Assembly (NCBI GenBank): GCA_947632435.1
Contig: CANRPC010000010.1
Location: forward strand, 643-64,642
DNA: 64,000 nt
Reading direction: 5' to 3'
Source: an uncultured Bacilli bacterium
Lineage (GTDB): Bacteria; Bacillota_I; Bacilli_A; RFN20; CAG-449
Positions within the stretch are counted from its first letter, which is position 1, and each line of letters begins with the position of its first letter. Shown here one piece after another: positions 60,117 through 64,000 of the stretch. Position numbers and translations under genes: made by a program. The notes beneath the pieces were generated by a model. It did not search any database. It worked only from the letters and a program-made list of their open reading frames with translations, and was not told the origin of the DNA.

Positions 60117-61289
60117 ATGAAAAAAGTCGCAATTATAGGTGCTGGTCCAAGTGGCCTCATGAGTATTTATTCTTTATTAGAAACCAAAGAAAAAATTGAA
60201 ATTTTCTTGTTTGATGAACAAGATGATATTGGAAAAAGAATTAAAATATCTGGAAATGGAAGATGTAATTTTTTTCATAATCCAATTGATTATAATCATT
60301 ATTCTTCACCAGAAAATGCAGAAAAATATTTTCATTTATTTTTAACTAAATGTAAAGAAATTTTTTCTAACTTAGGATTAATATATTATGAAGATAATGA
60401 AGGTAGAATGTATCCATTGTCAAATTCTAGTAAAACATTAATATATCTTTTTAAAATAATGTTAAAAAATAGCAATGTAAATGTTCATTTAAATACAAAA
60501 ATAAAAAGAATAACTCCTAATTTAAATAAAATTAATATCGAAACTAAAGATAATATTTATGCTTTTGATGCTGTAATTCTTGCTACTGGTGGTTTTTCTT
60601 ATTTATATAATAAAGATGAAAAAGTACAATTTTTAAAAGATAATAATATTGCTATTACAAAATTAACTCCTTCTTTAACTCCGATTAGAACTGAAAAATA
60701 TTTTAATAAAGCTTTAGAAGGAAAACGTTTTAAAGTTAAATTAAGTTTAACTTATTTTGATAAATTAATTTTTGAAGAAAATGGAGAAATTCTTTTAAAA
60801 AAAGATGGAATTTCTGGAATTGTAACTTTTAATTTAAGTGCTTTGCTTGCAAGAAAGCATTTAGATTCTTATGATAATTATTTAATTCATATAGATTTTG
60901 CATCTAATTATAGTTTTGATAAATTAAAAGATATTATTTATGATAAAAAATTTAGTATTGAAGATAACTTATCACGTTTATTTATTAAAGAATTAAAGGA
61001 TGAATTACTTTTGCATAAAGGGAAAAATATTTTATCTTTAATAAAAGACTTTACATTGAAAATTAAAGAACTTTATACATTCAAAGATTCTCAAGTAACA
61101 TCTGGAGGAATTGATATATCCTTAATCAATGAAGATTTTTCTTTAAAAAATAACCCATTAGTGTTTCCATGTGGTGAATTATTAGATATAGATGGAGATT
61201 CAGGTGGTTATAATATTGCTTTTTGTTTTGCTTCAGGATATCAAGTGGGAAAAAGTGTAATTGATAAATTAAAAAAAATAGATGAGTAG
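60117..61289 (+). CDS. HI0933/YtfP (BaiN-like) flavoprotein
   Basis: IIGAGPSG, ISGNGRCN, GRMYP, QVTSGG, GELLDIDG.SGGYN. Start probably ATG 60117. Confidence 0.9.
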   Translation: MKKVAIIGAGPSGLMSIYSLLETKEKIEIFLFDEQDDIGKRIKISGNGRCNFFHNPIDYNHYSSPENAEKYFHLFLTKCKEIFSNLGLIYYEDNEGRMYPLSNSSKTLIYLFKIMLKNSNVNVHLNTKIKRITPNLNKINIETKDNIYAFDAVILATGGFSYLYNKDEKVQFLKDNNIAITKLTPSLTPIRTEKYFNKALEGKRFKVKLSLTYFDKLIFEENGEILLKKDGISGIVTFNLSALLARKHLDSYDNYLIHIDFASNYSFDKLKDIIYDKKFSIEDNLSRLFIKELKDELLLHKGKNILSLIKDFTLKIKELYTFKDSQVTSGGIDISLINEDFSLKNNPLVFPCGELLDIDGDSGGYNIAFCFASGYQVGKSVIDKLKKIDE

Positions 61290-61301
61290 CTCACCTATTT
61301 T

Positions 61302-63128
61302 TTATTGATTTTCTTTTTTCATCCTTGCATCATATTTTTTTCGTTCAACAGTGTCAAGAATCTTTTTTCTTAAACGGAATGTTAAAGGAGTTACCTCGAC
61401 TAATTCATCGGTATTTATATAATCCAAACATTCTTCAAGAGACATTTTTCGAGGAGTTTTTAAAACTACTGTTGTATCTTTTGATGATGAACGCATGTTT
61501 GTTAAATTTTTTTCTTTAACAACAGTTACAGCAAGATCCATATCATATTTATTTTCACCAACAATCATTCCTTCATATACTTGAATTCCTGGACTTATAA
61601 ATAAGGTTCCTCTTTCTTCAACATGTTGAATTGCATATGGAGTTGCTTGACCAGTTTCTGTGGAAACTAAAACACCTAGAGAACGTTCACCAACATTCAT
61701 TTTTAATTTTTCACGATATTCTTTAAAAGTATGATTTATGATACCATACCCTTTTGTCATAGTTAAAAATGAGGTTGCAAAGCCTAATAAAGCTCGTGAA
61801 GGAACAACATAGTTAACGCGTACTTGATTTTGATTATATGTCATATGGATTAATTCACCGCCGCGTGAACCAAAAGTATCCATGATACTTCCTAAATAAT
61901 CTTCAGGACAATCAATTTGTACATCTTCAAAAGGTTCTTTAACAATTCCATCTTCTTCTTTTAAAATTACTTCTGGTTTTGAAACTTGTAATTCAAAACC
62001 TTCTCTTCTCATATTTTCTATTAAAATAGATAAGTGTAATTCACCTCTACCAGAGACGATAAATGATTCACTATTAGGAATTTTTTCAACACGTAAAGAA
62101 ACATCTCTTTGACATTCTTTGAATAATCTTTCTTCGATTTTCGAATAAGTTAATAATTTTCCATCTTGCCCTGCAAAAGGTGAAGAATTAACACCAAATG
62201 TCATTTGTAATGTTGGAGGATCAATTCTTAATTTTGGTAATGGAATGATATTATTAATATCACATAATGTTTCTCCAACTGATAAATCTTCTAAACCTGC
62301 TACTGCAACAATATTACCTGCAGTTGCTTCTTTAATTTCTACTTTTTTAAGGCCAAAAAAACCATATAATTTTTGTATTTTGAAATTTTTAATGCTTCCA
62401 TCTAAACGACAACATGCAACCATTTCGTTGACTTTAATTGTACCTGATTTTACTCTTCCAATACCAATTCTACCAACATAATCGTTGTAATCTAAAAGTG
62501 CTGGTTGAAATTGAAGCGGTTTATTTACATCAGTGTCTGGAGCAGGAATTTCTTTTATTATTGTTTCAAATATTGGGTCCATGCCTTGTTTTTGATCCTC
62601 AAGTTTATTGGAATATGAAGATGTTCCTTTTAAAGCAGAACAATATATTGTTTTAAATTCGAGTAAATCATCATCTGCGCCTAATTCCATAAATAATTCT
62701 AATACTTCATCGACAACGCGATTAACATCAGCATTTGGTCTATCAACTTTATTAACAACAACAACAGGTTTAACGTGTGCCTCTAATGCTTTTTTTAAAA
62801 CAAAACGTGTCTGAGGCATTGTTCCTTCAAAAGCATCGACAACAAGCAAAACCCCATCAACCATATTCATAATTCTTTCAACTTCGCCACCAAAATCAGC
62901 ATGACCTGGAGTATCTAAAATATTAATTCTTGTATCTTTATAATTTATTGATGTCGGTTTAGCCAGAATAGTAATTCCTCTTTCACGCTCAATATCATCA
63001 CTATCCATAACTCTATCAAGAATTTCTTCATTTTCACGAAATGTTCCAGAATATTTAAGTAATTGATTTACAAGTGTTGTTTTACCATGATCAACATGTG
63101 CAATAATGGCAATATTTCTTATATCCAT
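61302..63128 (-). CDS. typA: Translational GTPase TypA/BipA
   Basis: IAIIAHVDHGKTTLV, GHADFGGEVER, GRGELHL, YEGMIVG, LTNMRSS. Confidence 0.98.
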   Translation of the reverse strand: MDIRNIAIIAHVDHGKTTLVNQLLKYSGTFRENEEILDRVMDSDDIERERGITILAKPTSINYKDTRINILDTPGHADFGGEVERIMNMVDGVLLVVDAFEGTMPQTRFVLKKALEAHVKPVVVVNKVDRPNADVNRVVDEVLELFMELGADDDLLEFKTIYCSALKGTSSYSNKLEDQKQGMDPIFETIIKEIPAPDTDVNKPLQFQPALLDYNDYVGRIGIGRVKSGTIKVNEMVACCRLDGSIKNFKIQKLYGFFGLKKVEIKEATAGNIVAVAGLEDLSVGETLCDINNIIPLPKLRIDPPTLQMTFGVNSSPFAGQDGKLLTYSKIEERLFKECQRDVSLRVEKIPNSESFIVSGRGELHLSILIENMRREGFELQVSKPEVILKEEDGIVKEPFEDVQIDCPEDYLGSIMDTFGSRGGELIHMTYNQNQVRVNYVVPSRALLGFATSFLTMTKGYGIINHTFKEYREKLKMNVGERSLGVLVSTETGQATPYAIQHVEERGTLFISPGIQVYEGMIVGENKYDMDLAVTVVKEKNLTNMRSSSKDTTVVLKTPRKMSLEECLDYINTDELVEVTPLTFRLRKKILDTVERKKYDARMKKENQ

Positions 63129-63201
63129 AAATATATAACCTCACAACCTTTTTAGTATAACACATAGTTATTTAATTTAAAGAAAATTTCTATTTTTTGT
63201 T

Positions 63202-63999
63202 TTAATCGATTTCTATAATATGAGGAATTATAAGAGGATTTTTTCCTGTTTCTTTACGTACATATTTATAAATTCTATCTTTTATACGCTCAATAATAAC
63301 ATTTTTATCTCCATAATAATCAGTTAAATAAACATCAACCTGTGCATTAAAAATCGATAATATTTGCTCAACAATATTTTCTGAATCTTTTAAGAAAATA
63401 AATCCACGCATTTGTACATCTGGACCTGCGATAACTTTTTTTTCTTTTTTAGAAACTGTTGAAGCAATGACAATAATCCCATCACAAGCCATTTTTTGTC
63501 TTTCTTCAATTATCTCATTTTCTAAAGATCCAATGCTATTACCATCGACCATCAGATCTCCAGAAGGAATAAGATTATTAAATTCTGTTTTGATATTTCC
63601 ATTTTCGATATTTAATGGCATACCATTATCAATAACAAATATGTTTGTATGTTTTAGACCTAATAAAGAATTTAAAGCTATTTTAGCATTTGCAAGTAAA
63701 GATATATAATCTCCTTTAACAGGTAAATAATATTTTGGTTTTAATAACGATAACATCATTTTTAAATCTTCTTCTTGTGCATGCATTGAAGCGATGTCTT
63801 TTCTTGTTAAATTAATTACTTCAGCACCAGTTTTATAAATATTATCAATTGCTTGAATTGATATTACTTCAGTTCCTGATACACTTGGTGAAGCAATAAC
63901 AAAAGTATCATTTTGATTAAATTCAATATTTCTACCATCATAAATACCTGTTGCTAATTGATTTAATGTATTGAATAAATCTTCACCTGCACCAGTTAC
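63202..63999 (-). CDS. rnj: Ribonuclease J, J2-like, C-terminal part (runs off the window)
   Basis: Frame is open to the window end; LKMMLSLLKPKY.LPV.G.Y, VDG..IG, GPDVQMRGF, TGKNPLIIP. Confidence 0.85.
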   Translation of the reverse strand, partial: VTGAGEDLFNTLNQLATGIYDGRNIEFNQNDTFVIASPSVSGTEVISIQAIDNIYKTGAEVINLTRKDIASMHAQEEDLKMMLSLLKPKYYLPVKGDYISLLANAKIALNSLLGLKHTNIFVIDNGMPLNIENGNIKTEFNNLIPSGDLMVDGNSIGSLENEIIEERQKMACDGIIVIASTVSKKEKKVIAGPDVQMRGFIFLKDSENIVEQILSIFNAQVDVYLTDYYGDKNVIIERIKDRIYKYVRKETGKNPLIIPHIIEID

Positions 64000-64000
64000 A

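Noticed and set aside
60117-61289. BaiN-like flavoprotein as part of a bile acid pathway with the two bsh genes
   Set aside because: The HI0933 family is near-ubiquitous, the gene is ~48 kb from bsh, and no bai genes are present.

Overview
Very AT-rich chromosomal segment (roughly a quarter G+C, by eye) of a low-GC, probably uncultured gut Bacilli-like bacterium using the standard code. From left to right it holds: addB-addA-ung; tRNA-Arg(UCG); two RimK-like ATP-grasp genes; two bile salt hydrolase paralogues bracketing a Y-family polymerase/YolD cassette; a polyamine ABC operon (XRE-cupin regulator, potABC...potD) split by two large paralogous surface proteins; DUF3737-PatB; an ABC exporter; tRNA-Arg(UCU) with a probable integration scar; several Ser/Thr-tethered lipoproteins (CE12 esterase, beta-helix protein); a spoIVFA/spoIVFB-like pair; lepA; a degenerate Fic-wHTH gene; hemW; a ~15 kb pectin utilisation locus; and housekeeping genes (nrnA, gmk, typA, RNase J). 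No CRISPR array, rRNA or intact mobile element was seen. Three observations stand out. (1) The pectin ABC importer has two ATPases and five extra uncharacterised membrane proteins. (2) Its solute-binding lipoprotein appears to have two internal blocks swapped relative to the usual family order. (3) The pentamer CCGCG/CGCGG is strongly over-represented and is carried by otherwise rare codon pairs. All product calls come from recognising motifs by eye; no database searches were run.
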